Of a stretch of DNA of 64,000 nt, positions 12,541 through 22,300 are shown piece by piece. A program made the position numbers and the translations under genes. Positions within the stretch are counted from its first letter, which is position 1. Every line of letters starts with the position of its first letter. This stretch comes from Bdellovibrionota bacterium FG-1 (GTDB lineage: Bacteria > Bdellovibrionota > UBA1018), in the NCBI GenBank assembly GCA_051382295.1, contig JBBCAW010000004.1, positions 75,053 through 139,052 on the forward strand. The letters run 5' to 3'. Below the pieces are notes generated by a model. The model made no database searches. It was not told the origin of the DNA and worked only from the letters and a program-made list of their open reading frames with translations.

Positions 12541-13248
12541 ATGCCAACATCTGTAACCGTACCAAAACCTAAAGCCGTCCTCTTTGATCACGACGGCGTG
12601 TTAGTCGCAAGTGAACCTTTGCATTGGGCCGCCTGGGAGCAGCTGCTGAGCGAACTTGGAATTCCGTACAATGGTGCGGAAATGGGACTTTTTGTCGGAA
12701 AAACAGCCCCAGAAATTATGATGCTTCTCCTCAACCGCTACAAGCCAGGCTGGAACCCGAGCGAGTACAATCTTACCGCTCTCGCTCGCCGCAAAAATGA
12801 TATTTACCTGGAGGCAGCAAGACGCGGGCTTCAGCCTTATCCCGGGGTGCCAGAGGGACTTCAATGGCTGAGGAGCCAGGGAATTAAAACCGCCGTCGTT
12901 TCAAATGCCAAACGGCGGGAACTGGAAACCGCGTTACATCAGCTCGGTTTAACTGAATATTTGGACATTATCGTTTCGCGTGATGACGTCAGTGCTCCTA
13001 AGCCTGATCCCACGCCCTATCTTTTTGCGGCGGCCTCTTTAGGCCTGGAAGGTCACGAATGCCTAGCCGTAGAGGACAGTCCCACTGGCCTTGAGGCAGC
13101 TCTTGTCGCAAAAGTCCCGGCGGCCGCCGTGACCACCAACTTCAGCCGGCAGAACCTGGAAGATCCTGTTCCTGGGCGTCCCGACCTCCATCCCCTTTGG
13201 GTGGGCGAATCGATGGAAGAGTTTTTTGAATGGCTCAAGGGGCTCTGA
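12541..13248 (+). CDS. HAD-superfamily phosphatase (beta-PGM/CbbY-like)
   Basis: FDHDGVL motif I, VVSN motif II, PKPDP motif III, EDSPTG motif IV. Confidence 0.9.
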   Translation: MPTSVTVPKPKAVLFDHDGVLVASEPLHWAAWEQLLSELGIPYNGAEMGLFVGKTAPEIMMLLLNRYKPGWNPSEYNLTALARRKNDIYLEAARRGLQPYPGVPEGLQWLRSQGIKTAVVSNAKRRELETALHQLGLTEYLDIIVSRDDVSAPKPDPTPYLFAAASLGLEGHECLAVEDSPTGLEAALVAKVPAAAVTTNFSRQNLEDPVPGRPDLHPLWVGESMEEFFEWLKGL

Positions 13249-13252
13249 CTCG

Positions 13253-14302
13253 TTATTCGATAGTAGCAGCTGCGGCGGCGGCGTCTTGATGAGCCTCTTT
13301 TTCGAGGAAGTTTCCGACAGGGATATTCTTTAAGGTATGATCACTTAATCTCTGACTGCAAATCCCTGCATGAGCTTGATATTCTCGGTTTTTCGACTGA
13401 ATTTTCGCGACGACGGCCGGTATCTCTTGTTTGGAAAGCTCCACAATCCTGGGTTGAAGACTATTACGATATTCCAAACCCGTATTTCCGTCGGCGCATT
13501 GTCTCCCCTTGTCACGACAGGCAATGAGTTGGTTGTACTCGACCTGAAGAATCTTGAGTTGTTGAGTCAGGGCACCCCGATCGCCATTACCGCTAATCAC
13601 GGTCATTCTGTCGCAAGAATCCGAGGAAACCGCTGCTTTCTTTTCCATGGTGAGGGTTTGAAATCGGGCAAGAGGAATTGAACTTTTAAAGTTTTCACAA
13701 CGATCCTTAAAGTTGGCGTCGTCTATCTTGCTTTTGTGATCACACCAATTTGCGACCAAAGTTTCGCACTTTTGAACCCATTCAGTAGTCCATGGTTTTT
13801 CGTCATTCCAAAAGCCATCGCAGGCAACACTGTTGTTCACGAGTTTAACTTTCAAAGCGACGTGTGCAGCCTGTCCTGGAATTAACGGTGCTGTGAGCTC
13901 TGAAACACGTTGGGTTCTTTCTAGATACTCGGCTTGGACCGCCTTCAATTCCGCTTCCTTTTTTCGGTAGTCGATCGCGGTTCGTTCCAGACTTTGATAA
14001 GCCGGTGTGCCCATTTCTAAGGTCTGCAGATGGGCTTCTAAACGAATGACATTTTGGTGGGCGTCTCCGAAAAATTCTGACAGGACCTCGTACTTACTTT
14101 TTGCTTTTTGCTGTAAAATTTTCTCTTTTTCTAAGTCTTTCAGTTTTTGCTCATGAACTCGAAATTCTGCCAATCCCTGTTCGTTAAAAACATCCTCTGC
14201 CATCGCAATAGGAAGAGACAAACTAAAAATGATCCCGGAACAAAATAGAACTCCAAAAATCCTGCAGCCTAAAGAAAACTGGGTGATATTAGCCTTTTTC
14301 AT
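13253..14302 (-). CDS. Secreted coiled-coil, Cys-containing hypothetical protein
   Basis: Signal peptide ending AMA-E, long heptad helices, paired Cys; GGAGAG upstream. Confidence 0.6.
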   Translation of the reverse strand: MKKANITQFSLGCRIFGVLFCSGIIFSLSLPIAMAEDVFNEQGLAEFRVHEQKLKDLEKEKILQQKAKSKYEVLSEFFGDAHQNVIRLEAHLQTLEMGTPAYQSLERTAIDYRKKEAELKAVQAEYLERTQRVSELTAPLIPGQAAHVALKVKLVNNSVACDGFWNDEKPWTTEWVQKCETLVANWCDHKSKIDDANFKDRCENFKSSIPLARFQTLTMEKKAAVSSDSCDRMTVISGNGDRGALTQQLKILQVEYNQLIACRDKGRQCADGNTGLEYRNSLQPRIVELSKQEIPAVVAKIQSKNREYQAHAGICSQRLSDHTLKNIPVGNFLEKEAHQDAAAAAATIE

Positions 14303-14345
14303 TTTACGCTCTCCTCATTCGCATGGACGAATTGTCTCTAGAATG

Positions 14346-14361
14346 AGCAATTTCGATGCCA
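14346..14361 (-). promoter_or_regulatory. Sigma-54 (-24/-12) promoter
   Basis: Minus strand reads TGGCATCGAAATTGCT, matching TGGCAC-N5-TTGCW with correct spacing, ~45 bp upstream of ATG 14302. Confidence 0.6.
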
Positions 14362-14559
14362 CTCAGTTTTACTGCGAAACTCCAAGGTCTAATCAGACAC
14401 AGGCTCGATAGTTATGAATTAATTTCCAAAAAATCTCAAAGGTCCGAGCGGGTGACTGTCTAATGTTCTTAAATTGAACAAAAGTTTTTCACTCTTATAG
14501 GGTAGGGAGGTCTACTCAAACCAACCTGCCTTTGTTACACTTAAGGGGCGGGGGATTCG

Positions 14560-17500
14560 ATGGGTTTACTTTCTTGGAAAAAGAGCTTCGGCTGTTTTGT
14601 TTTGGTCGCATCTCTCTGGGGCTTATCCCCTTCTTTGGCTAATGACGTTTCCGAGGAAACCCCGGCTCTCGCTCTTGAAGAATCTTCGGACGGCTTGCGG
14701 CGACTTTTGGAAAAGGCGCCTTTGGCTGGAATGAATTCTGTCTGGGATGCGCTTCAAAAGGAATTTGCGGCCGAACCCGCTAGTTTAAGCGGGGCATCGC
14801 AACAGTGCGGCTCGGATTCAAAGTGTTGGAATGCTCGTTTTCAGATGTATCGTCGCGATGCTCGAGGAGCTTTCGAAAAAGCCTATCAAGATAAGAATCT
14901 GTTGATCAGTTCCAAGATTCGAGCCCAATACCAAGGAACTTGTAATCACGAGTTTAAGACAGCCTTGGGATACGAGATGTGTCTCGCTGAAAATTTCTTT
15001 CATGACCCGAGCGTTGGGCCTTATGCCAAGCAGATGCTCTTATCAGCCCTTGTGAAATGGTCAAACGGTTTAAGGGTGGCACAAGCTTCACAAGGAAAGA
15101 TTGCAGGTGGCAAGGATCTTTCTGATGCGCTTTTTCGTCCTGCGCAACTTCAGGGGCCCCGCCCTCCGGCAGAGCCTTCGAAGTCCAAGTCTGTAGCCGC
15201 TCAGGCTGTCAAACCGGCATATCCTGGGATGGCGCCACTCGATTATCCTGATTCTGAACATTTCCGCTCGACTGATCCGATTCATTGTTGGAGGGAAGAA
15301 AACCGAAGAAACCCCTCGCTCGAAAAAGTAGTCAAAAGCTGTCTCGTCGCGGATTGCCGCAGGCCTGGGGATGTCCTCGCACACAGCTGTCACGTACTCG
15401 ACTATTTAGGGTTAACGGGGTTCGGAAATAACAAGGGGCTGCTTGAGTCCATGGGTTATTTGGATGCAGAGGCTTCTGTTTTTCTAGCTCGAGCCAAGAC
15501 CATTGAAAAGCTCACTCAGTCTTTTTGTCGGGTGATGGGCCGAGATATTGCTGCAGAGGAGTTGGCTCAGAGCTGTCCCAATTCAAAAGACCTCGTGGAA
15601 GGAATCCTGGGTAGCCGGAATGGTTCCAATCGATGCACGAACCGAGAAGTCGATAAGTTTAGTGGCAATCGCCTCGCTCAAGGGATTTTGGCGGAAGCGT
15701 GGGATTTGGTGAATCGATTCGATACGCTGACTCCCGCTCAGATTCATGAGGAACGCGGAAGTGGAAAAGGGGCCCAATCTCCGGTTGCGCATTCTTCGTG
15801 TAAAGGGCTGACTCGCGCTGGTGCTCATATCGGAATGACTCCCGAGGAAATGACCGCATTTAATGAGTGTAGAACTGAGTTCAAAGTGCTGACCGTGCGA
15901 CTCTACGGAACTCCGGAGATCTTGCCGGAGCAGGATAGAAACTTTGGGGTTAAAGAAGAACATCTGGAGGAGCTTCTTTCTTATGCCCGTTCGATCGTGA
16001 AGCTGTATGGAAAATCGGATCCGAATGATTCAGGGTCTCAGGAGGCGCTCAGGGGAAATCTCATCAATCACGACGGCAAACGGGTGGTGGATGCGATTCA
16101 ATCGGCGTGTGCGATGGATTGGAGGGGCCTACTTAAGCTCCCCATGGCTGACGCCGCCTTTAAAGAGATCGCGGCGATGCAACAACCGAAAACCTGTCCA
16201 GATACTCCAAAAGACGCCAAGGGTCGGTGTATATACCCCTGGTACGCTCAGTGTCTTAAGGATGCGATTGCCTCAAGCGAAAGCGTGAGTTCAAATTTTA
16301 CAGAAATCTGCGGCGCGCTCAGTATGGGAATGCTTGAGCTTCCTCCTTTAGCGATTGGAACAGGTGCGGTTTGCTTTGCGGGCTCCCTCGCCCTTCAGGG
16401 TAACGACCTGATCGGTCTGCTCAAACAAAAGGAGTTTCAGTTTAGCTGTTTGGGAAGCGCTGAGGACTGTGGGACTAAGGATTTACAAGACCTTCAAATG
16501 AAGGTTCAAGACAAGATGAATTCGGTATTGGCTACTGCTGCATTGGATGGGACGCTCGCGGTATCGGGACTTAAGCAATTGAAAGAGGTTTTTAAAACGC
16601 CACTTCGGATGAGTCCGGCGGAGTTAAGAAAATATTATCAGTCATTAACGAACCTGGATGAGGCGATGCTTAAAGCTGGTCGAGTGACCAACCACGCTGA
16701 GCGAAAAGCCGCCTTGGCGAGCATTGAGATAGAAGCCAGCCAGGTCATAAAAACTTCAAAAGCAGAGTCGGCGGTGCCGCAGGGTTATGTCTCTCTCTAT
16801 GAACGAAAGGGAGAGGCGGTTTGGTGCCTCAAACCTCTCAGTGCTCGAGCGTTAGACGAAGCAGCTGTTGCTAATCGTATGGCCTTAGAGCGTCTCGGAA
16901 TAAAACCCGAGAGTCTAAAAAGGGAAATGGGGATTTTAGATTCGCAGTTTCTAACGGGTCCTGACAAGTGGTACTGGAGGGGGCGAACCCACCAGTATGA
17001 GATTACCAAAGATGTCCTGCCTCAAGCTGGGAAGGCCAGCGTAGATACTTTGATTTTGAAACACCCCGACCTCCCTCGGTATATCGACGAATTGCATCAA
17101 CTTGGATATAAGTTAGTCGTGGATTCTTCCTCTGGGCTACCCGCCATCAACGGTGGTAGCCTAGGAGGTTATCATAATGCCGGTTTAAAGGTGATCTCGA
17201 TTGATCCTTCGCAAGCGTGGAATATCTTTTTACACGAGTTTGAACATTTAAAGTTCGATCAAAAAATATTAAAAGAGGTCAATTTTTCAGGTCTTCAGGC
17301 GGCACTCAAAATCCCGGTGACTCGAGAGCTTCTGAAGGGGCTAGCGAAGGATAATCCGATGTTAGCGAAAACCATTGCCTTGGCAAAAAAAGGGCTGTCC
17401 CAGACCGCAGTCAATGAAACCCTTGCGGTTGAAGCAGAACTCAAAGCTTTAAAAGCGGAAGGCTATCACTCACTTTCAAAGGCTTATTTGGAGAGGCGAG

Positions 17501-17892
17501 ATAATGCTCTTTGGCACCAAGTACAAGAGCTTTCTCCTCCCATACTCGCCGTTGAAAAAAGAACACTTCAGCAAACCATGACCTTAAAACTTGCGATGGC
17601 CGAACGGCTTTTGTTTACTCAAGGCCAAGCGCCCTTAGCTTGGGAGGCTGCATCAGTTTCGGGTCGAACGATGGCTATAACAATGGCTATCTTGACACCG
17701 CCTGCGGCAGTGACAACCTGGGGTATGATCCATGTCTCCTACAATGAAAAGACACATAAACTGCTTATTCGGCACAGCGATGGAACCTATAGCGAAATCT
17801 CACTTGAGGACATAGCATCGCGACTGAGTAATGATTCGGCTAACCAATACGTAAAATTTATAGAACCCACTCATCCGATGACTGCGAAGTAA
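14560..17892 (+). CDS. Large secreted Cys-rich protein with C-terminal zincin metallopeptidase motif
   Basis: Signal peptide; many Cys; hydrophobic Gly/Ala segment mid-protein; IFLHEFEH with downstream NETLA. Confidence 0.6.
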   Translation: MGLLSWKKSFGCFVLVASLWGLSPSLANDVSEETPALALEESSDGLRRLLEKAPLAGMNSVWDALQKEFAAEPASLSGASQQCGSDSKCWNARFQMYRRDARGAFEKAYQDKNLLISSKIRAQYQGTCNHEFKTALGYEMCLAENFFHDPSVGPYAKQMLLSALVKWSNGLRVAQASQGKIAGGKDLSDALFRPAQLQGPRPPAEPSKSKSVAAQAVKPAYPGMAPLDYPDSEHFRSTDPIHCWREENRRNPSLEKVVKSCLVADCRRPGDVLAHSCHVLDYLGLTGFGNNKGLLESMGYLDAEASVFLARAKTIEKLTQSFCRVMGRDIAAEELAQSCPNSKDLVEGILGSRNGSNRCTNREVDKFSGNRLAQGILAEAWDLVNRFDTLTPAQIHEERGSGKGAQSPVAHSSCKGLTRAGAHIGMTPEEMTAFNECRTEFKVLTVRLYGTPEILPEQDRNFGVKEEHLEELLSYARSIVKLYGKSDPNDSGSQEALRGNLINHDGKRVVDAIQSACAMDWRGLLKLPMADAAFKEIAAMQQPKTCPDTPKDAKGRCIYPWYAQCLKDAIASSESVSSNFTEICGALSMGMLELPPLAIGTGAVCFAGSLALQGNDLIGLLKQKEFQFSCLGSAEDCGTKDLQDLQMKVQDKMNSVLATAALDGTLAVSGLKQLKEVFKTPLRMSPAELRKYYQSLTNLDEAMLKAGRVTNHAERKAALASIEIEASQVIKTSKAESAVPQGYVSLYERKGEAVWCLKPLSARALDEAAVANRMALERLGIKPESLKREMGILDSQFLTGPDKWYWRGRTHQYEITKDVLPQAGKASVDTLILKHPDLPRYIDELHQLGYKLVVDSSSGLPAINGGSLGGYHNAGLKVISIDPSQAWNIFLHEFEHLKFDQKILKEVNFSGLQAALKIPVTRELLKGLAKDNPMLAKTIALAKKGLSQTAVNETLAVEAELKALKAEGYHSLSKAYLERRDNALWHQVQELSPPILAVEKRTLQQTMTLKLAMAERLLFTQGQAPLAWEAASVSGRTMAITMAILTPPAAVTTWGMIHVSYNEKTHKLLIRHSDGTYSEISLEDIASRLSNDSANQYVKFIEPTHPMTAK

Positions 17893-17917
17893 TGAAGTCC
17901 GCTGAAATACTTGTGCC

Positions 17918-18622
17918 TTAAATTGGAATAAAGACCAGCAAGATAAAGTTATTTTCAAAGAAGCTCGCAAAATGGGTCGGCAACGTATCTTGGATCCAAA
18001 CACGGCGATATTCACCGCGATAAAGGGCTTCGATTCCTGCGGAGCCAAGTTTCAAATCAAGTCCAAGTTCTGCGAAGCCACCATAATAGGCTGAATTACA
18101 GATCACGGCATAGGGGAACCCATTGACTTTAGCGCCCATGGATTCGTCATCATATTTGATTCGAATGGCTCCCAATAGAACGCCGGCGTCAGCAACTGGG
18201 CTGATGAAAGAATAAGGAAAAGGGCGAAATCTTGGGCCCATGCCCACTTCAAAGCTCATCGTATTGAGATGAATGCCTGAACCCGTGATGGGGCTCTCAG
18301 GTTTCCCATCTTCAAAGGAGTATTCGGCATGTCCAGATTGTATGGAAAAATTACCATAGCCATGGAGGGTGGCCATCGGCAGGCCGATGAGCATGTCGTG
18401 CATGCTTTCGACGCCAAATCCATTATTCAGGTGAAGTTGAGGAGTCCCATTGGGGAGCTGCTCCACGGAATCCACGGGGGCATGGTAACTAATCCCGAAG
18501 CCCGAAACATAGGAGCCAGTGATCTTCGAAGCCGTCGAACCACCTGCGTAGGTTCGACTTGCAAAGGCAAACACAGCCAGTGAAAAAATCACCAAAAAGG
18601 GAAATCGGCTTATAAGTTTCAT
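17918..18622 (-). CDS. Outer-membrane beta-barrel protein
   Basis: Signal peptide; amphipathic strands (VGMGPRFRPF, PVADAGVLLG, GGFAELGLDL). Confidence 0.6.
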   Translation of the reverse strand: MKLISRFPFLVIFSLAVFAFASRTYAGGSTASKITGSYVSGFGISYHAPVDSVEQLPNGTPQLHLNNGFGVESMHDMLIGLPMATLHGYGNFSIQSGHAEYSFEDGKPESPITGSGIHLNTMSFEVGMGPRFRPFPYSFISPVADAGVLLGAIRIKYDDESMGAKVNGFPYAVICNSAYYGGFAELGLDLKLGSAGIEALYRGEYRRVWIQDTLPTHFASFFENNFILLVFIPI

Positions 18623-18719
18623 TTACAAGAAATCTAGCATGGTTAATACTTCCTTTGCAATTGGATGAATTCATTTTGATGGCCGATGATCGCAATCTTT
18701 TGGAAGGTGGGACGGACTC

Positions 18720-19325
18720 TTGAGGTTTCGAAAGATCCTGTGGTTGATTGTTATTTCGTCATTCATTGCGTCAGGGCCGGTTGCTCAGGCCTCTTCGAAT
18801 GCTCGTAAGATTTTTAGCGCCAGTGCCGGCCTTTTATGGCTGAACATGTTTAAGGTTTCGAGTGATGATGCGGGTTCAAGGAATATCACGGGTACTCCTT
18901 ACAACTTGGTTTCGGGTGCTCTTTTTATTCCTCTTCCCTGGGATGATTGGTTTGTTTCACCTCTGTTTGGAATGACCGTGCGCGACCGCTTGAATAATGA
19001 TGGAGGTTATTCGACCTCACTTATGGTGGGGGCGCTCACCTTAGGAAGGGTGATGCCTTGGTTTCATCTCGCGGATCTTAAAGCCGGGGCGGGGACCCTT
19101 TTTTATAATATTACTACCCACGGTTCGGGAAGTGCCTCGGTTGGAAGTCAAAGTTATTTTCAGCCCGATTTTGGGACGCTCACTGCAAAAACCACCTTTG
19201 CTACGGCCGGGGTGGGCTTGAGTTGGTTTGTTTTTCGAGTAGATGCGGACGCTTTTGTGACTGGTTTTTTGTCTCCAAAGCGGTCCCTGACCTTGTTTTT
19301 AAGGGCAGGCGTTGCGTTTTTTTGA
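18720..19325 (+). CDS. Outer-membrane beta-barrel protein
   Basis: TTG start with signal peptide (AQA-S); beta-strands; C-terminal AGVAFF. Confidence 0.6.
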   Translation: MRFRKILWLIVISSFIASGPVAQASSNARKIFSASAGLLWLNMFKVSSDDAGSRNITGTPYNLVSGALFIPLPWDDWFVSPLFGMTVRDRLNNDGGYSTSLMVGALTLGRVMPWFHLADLKAGAGTLFYNITTHGSGSASVGSQSYFQPDFGTLTAKTTFATAGVGLSWFVFRVDADAFVTGFLSPKRSLTLFLRAGVAFF

Positions 19326-19341
19326 AAGGGATTGAGATTTT

Positions 19342-21471
19342 ATGGCAAAAAATGCATGGCTGCGAATAGCTTTAGTCTTGCTGGGCCTCCAAGCGGTTCA
19401 AGCTCAAGCGTTTACCTTGATGATTGATCCCAAGAAAGATCAGTTTTGGCAAAAAGACGCTCTCACCGTTCATGTCGACAGTGCGACCTGTAGCGGCTAT
19501 CCCAATACGCCTAATATCGTCGATCGGGGCATGGGTTGTTGGAATGGCGTTCCTACTTCTCGTATCAAGTTTTCTTTGAGCAATGATGAGCATGCGGATG
19601 TCGTTATTTTTTGCGGAGATATATCGATTGGGCCGCTCGCTGAAACTCAAATGGGTTATAGTGGTACGGATCTCGGCGGACCAAAGCGGATAATCCAGGT
19701 GGATGTGATCATTGATACGTTGGTTTTGGAGAAAAACGATGACTATGCGGCCATGATCGCCTGTCATGAATTGGGACATGCATTGGGGTTAGGTCACTCC
19801 ATGGATTCAGAGGCAGTGATGTATTCTAATCCGACTCCAGTTCATATGACGGCGACGCTGGGCCAGGACGATATTGATGCGGCTACTGTTCTTTATCCTC
19901 GCAATGAATTGGGAGGGGGACAGATTCCGTTGGGCTGCGCGACTGTGGAGAAAGTGGGGCGCGGCGGTGGCCGTGGCGGCGGTCAAGGTGGTAACCCCCC
20001 TGGAGCGAGCGCAGTGGTCGTCCCATTTTTGATGATGCTGTTGGGGTGGGGCTTTGTCAGGCGTCGAAAACAGGAAACCGCGCGGGTAGCTTTTGGGATG
20101 GTGCTGTGTCTAGGAATGGCTTTTTTGAGCAGTGGCTGTTTAGTGCAGACCAATCATGACACCGGTGAAATGGTGAGCGGCACACCGCTTGAGGGGGTCA
20201 AATTTTGCGATGGAAGCGGTATTCTGGCTTCTTATCCGTTGCAACCTACAGGATTAGAGTCGGGCGTGACCGTCTTGGGGGTCGGCTATTTCACCAATTG
20301 TGCTGTCAAACAAGGAAAGCTCTATTGCTGGGGGTTTAACGGTCAAGCTCAAGCGGGAACTGACAATAAGCACTCCGATTCGATCTGTGAACGGAGTACC
20401 TACTGTTACACCCCTCTTGAGGTTAAGGGGATTCCGGGGACGATCACACAGATCGCGATTGGCAATACGACGAGCTGCGCGCTTGCGGGTGGTGATGTCT
20501 ATTGTTGGGGCGGGGCTAATGAGGGGCAGTTGGGGACCAACGATACGGCTCGAAATCCAGTGCCCCAAAAAGTTCATAATATCAACAGTCAAGCGGTTTC
20601 AATTTCGGCAGGCGCTTTTCATATGTGCGCAGCAATGAGTACCGGGGCTGTTAAATGTTGGGGCGGAAATGTGTTTGGACAGGCCTTGGGTCAGACGGGG
20701 TTGTCGACTAAGCGCTGCACGGAATCTGGAGGCGTTTCCACCACGAGCGGCGTCGAGTGTGTGCCAGAACCCGTGACGGTGCCCGGGATGGAGTCAGGCG
20801 CCTTGAGTGTAGCATCGGGAGGGGTTTCCAATTGTTCATTGATGCAGGATGGGACGATTAAGTGTTGGGGCTCAAATAATGAAGGCCAACTTGGAAATGG
20901 AAATTATTCCGTCAGCTGTGCAATAATCAATTGCGGAAGCGCGGCTACTTTGGTTTCGGGTTTGACCTCCGGGGTGAGAGCTTTAGCTTCAGGTTTTTCG
21001 CATGTGTGTGCCAAAATGGATTCTGGCGCTTTAAAGTGCTGGGGGCGCAATGGCTCGGCTTTTCCCAGCGGTGAACTGGGGATTGACCCTGGCTTTAGTA
21101 CTCAATGTAAGAACATGAAGGATTCGGATGTTTACGATCTTTGTGTGCCTACTCCGACGGATGTGACAACGCTAGCTGATGTCTCTGTTTCTCTTATTGC
21201 CGCCGGGTCTATGGCCTCTTGCGCAGTCCTGACGACGGGAGAAGTGAGGTGTTGGGGGCAAGCCTTTATTTTTGCCAATGGTTTTTGTCATGACAGTGTG
21301 GGCACCCCGATTTATCGCTACAATCCCGTAAAAATAATGAAGTTGCCTTCAGGGATGCCGACCTCGATCGGGGTGGGCAACGGACATGCCTGTGTTCTGA
21401 TCGATGGTGGAGTTTGGTGTTGGGGTGGGATGGATACTGGAGAAATTGGAAGAAAGCCTTTTGGCCCTTAG
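19342..21471 (+). CDS. Matrixin (M10-like) metalloprotease fused to RCC1/BLIP-II repeat domain
   Basis: HELGHALGLGHS and AVMY Met-turn; Gly linker and TM segments; ~7 repeats of the form C-x-L-xx-G-x-V-x-CWG-x-N-xx-GQLG. Confidence 0.85.
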   Translation: MAKNAWLRIALVLLGLQAVQAQAFTLMIDPKKDQFWQKDALTVHVDSATCSGYPNTPNIVDRGMGCWNGVPTSRIKFSLSNDEHADVVIFCGDISIGPLAETQMGYSGTDLGGPKRIIQVDVIIDTLVLEKNDDYAAMIACHELGHALGLGHSMDSEAVMYSNPTPVHMTATLGQDDIDAATVLYPRNELGGGQIPLGCATVEKVGRGGGRGGGQGGNPPGASAVVVPFLMMLLGWGFVRRRKQETARVAFGMVLCLGMAFLSSGCLVQTNHDTGEMVSGTPLEGVKFCDGSGILASYPLQPTGLESGVTVLGVGYFTNCAVKQGKLYCWGFNGQAQAGTDNKHSDSICERSTYCYTPLEVKGIPGTITQIAIGNTTSCALAGGDVYCWGGANEGQLGTNDTARNPVPQKVHNINSQAVSISAGAFHMCAAMSTGAVKCWGGNVFGQALGQTGLSTKRCTESGGVSTTSGVECVPEPVTVPGMESGALSVASGGVSNCSLMQDGTIKCWGSNNEGQLGNGNYSVSCAIINCGSAATLVSGLTSGVRALASGFSHVCAKMDSGALKCWGRNGSAFPSGELGIDPGFSTQCKNMKDSDVYDLCVPTPTDVTTLADVSVSLIAAGSMASCAVLTTGEVRCWGQAFIFANGFCHDSVGTPIYRYNPVKIMKLPSGMPTSIGVGNGHACVLIDGGVWCWGGMDTGEIGRKPFGP

Positions 21472-21472
21472 C

Positions 21473-22273
21473 CTACAAACAGATCGAAAGGGAGATCCCT
21501 AATTGACGGATGTTTTGCAGATAAATTCCTCGAATGACGATGGTCTTGGCAAGGATCAAAGACGCGTTTCCGCCAATGGAAAATGCTCCGGATTTATCCA
21601 TTTGAAGCCACGGTCCAATATGGAACTGCTGAAAGTGAAAGGCCGGGCCTCCCGCCAGTTCGAAGCTTCCGGAGTCCAGCGAGTAGGCGCCATCCAGGGA
21701 GCCTTCGAGCAGGGGGGAGAAATCGTGGGAAATTCCGCCAGTCAGGCCAGATATTCCCAGCGTAAGCAGAAAAGGGGTTCCAGATTTTATTCCCAATGCG
21801 TAGCGAGTTGCGCTCCGCGATCCCCAGAGTGCTGCGAAGGAAAAGCTAGAGAAACTGTCAGACTCCATCGAAATACCCAAGGTAGTGTCTTGTCCAAAGC
21901 GATAGGAAGAACCCAAAAGTTCGGTATAATTCCCAAGTCGATCGAACCCAAAAGCCCCCGTCATTCCGAATCGATCACCAGCATAAGAAACTCCAAGGGA
22001 CTTACTTTCACTTCGTATGTCGGTTTGGGGCGCGGTCAAGACCGCAGTATTTGGAAAGGCAAAACGATCTTCAAAATGAAATTTCCATCCTTGTTTAAGG
22101 CCGATCCCAGCCGGATGAGTCGTGACGGCATCGAAATACTCGGGATGAGAAATGCCGCCGCCACTCGAGATGGTGTATTTGTCTCCTTGTTCGGAGTTGG
22201 CATAAGCAGAGGTTGTCTGAAGCGAAGTGACACTCAGTATGATTGCCAAGTAGATCATCGGATGAAAACTCAT
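21473..22273 (-). CDS. Outer-membrane beta-barrel protein
   Basis: Signal peptide (AYA-N); THPAG plug-like motif; Gly/aromatic strands. Confidence 0.55.
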   Translation of the reverse strand: MSFHPMIYLAIILSVTSLQTTSAYANSEQGDKYTISSGGGISHPEYFDAVTTHPAGIGLKQGWKFHFEDRFAFPNTAVLTAPQTDIRSESKSLGVSYAGDRFGMTGAFGFDRLGNYTELLGSSYRFGQDTTLGISMESDSFSSFSFAALWGSRSATRYALGIKSGTPFLLTLGISGLTGGISHDFSPLLEGSLDGAYSLDSGSFELAGGPAFHFQQFHIGPWLQMDKSGAFSIGGNASLILAKTIVIRGIYLQNIRQLGISLSICL

Positions 22274-22300
22274 AGTTAGAGGATAAACCCAGGAATAAAA

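Noticed and set aside
21503..22279. 258-aa plus-strand ORF
   Set aside because: Antisense to a signal-peptide-bearing barrel gene; Arg/Ser-rich and motif-free.
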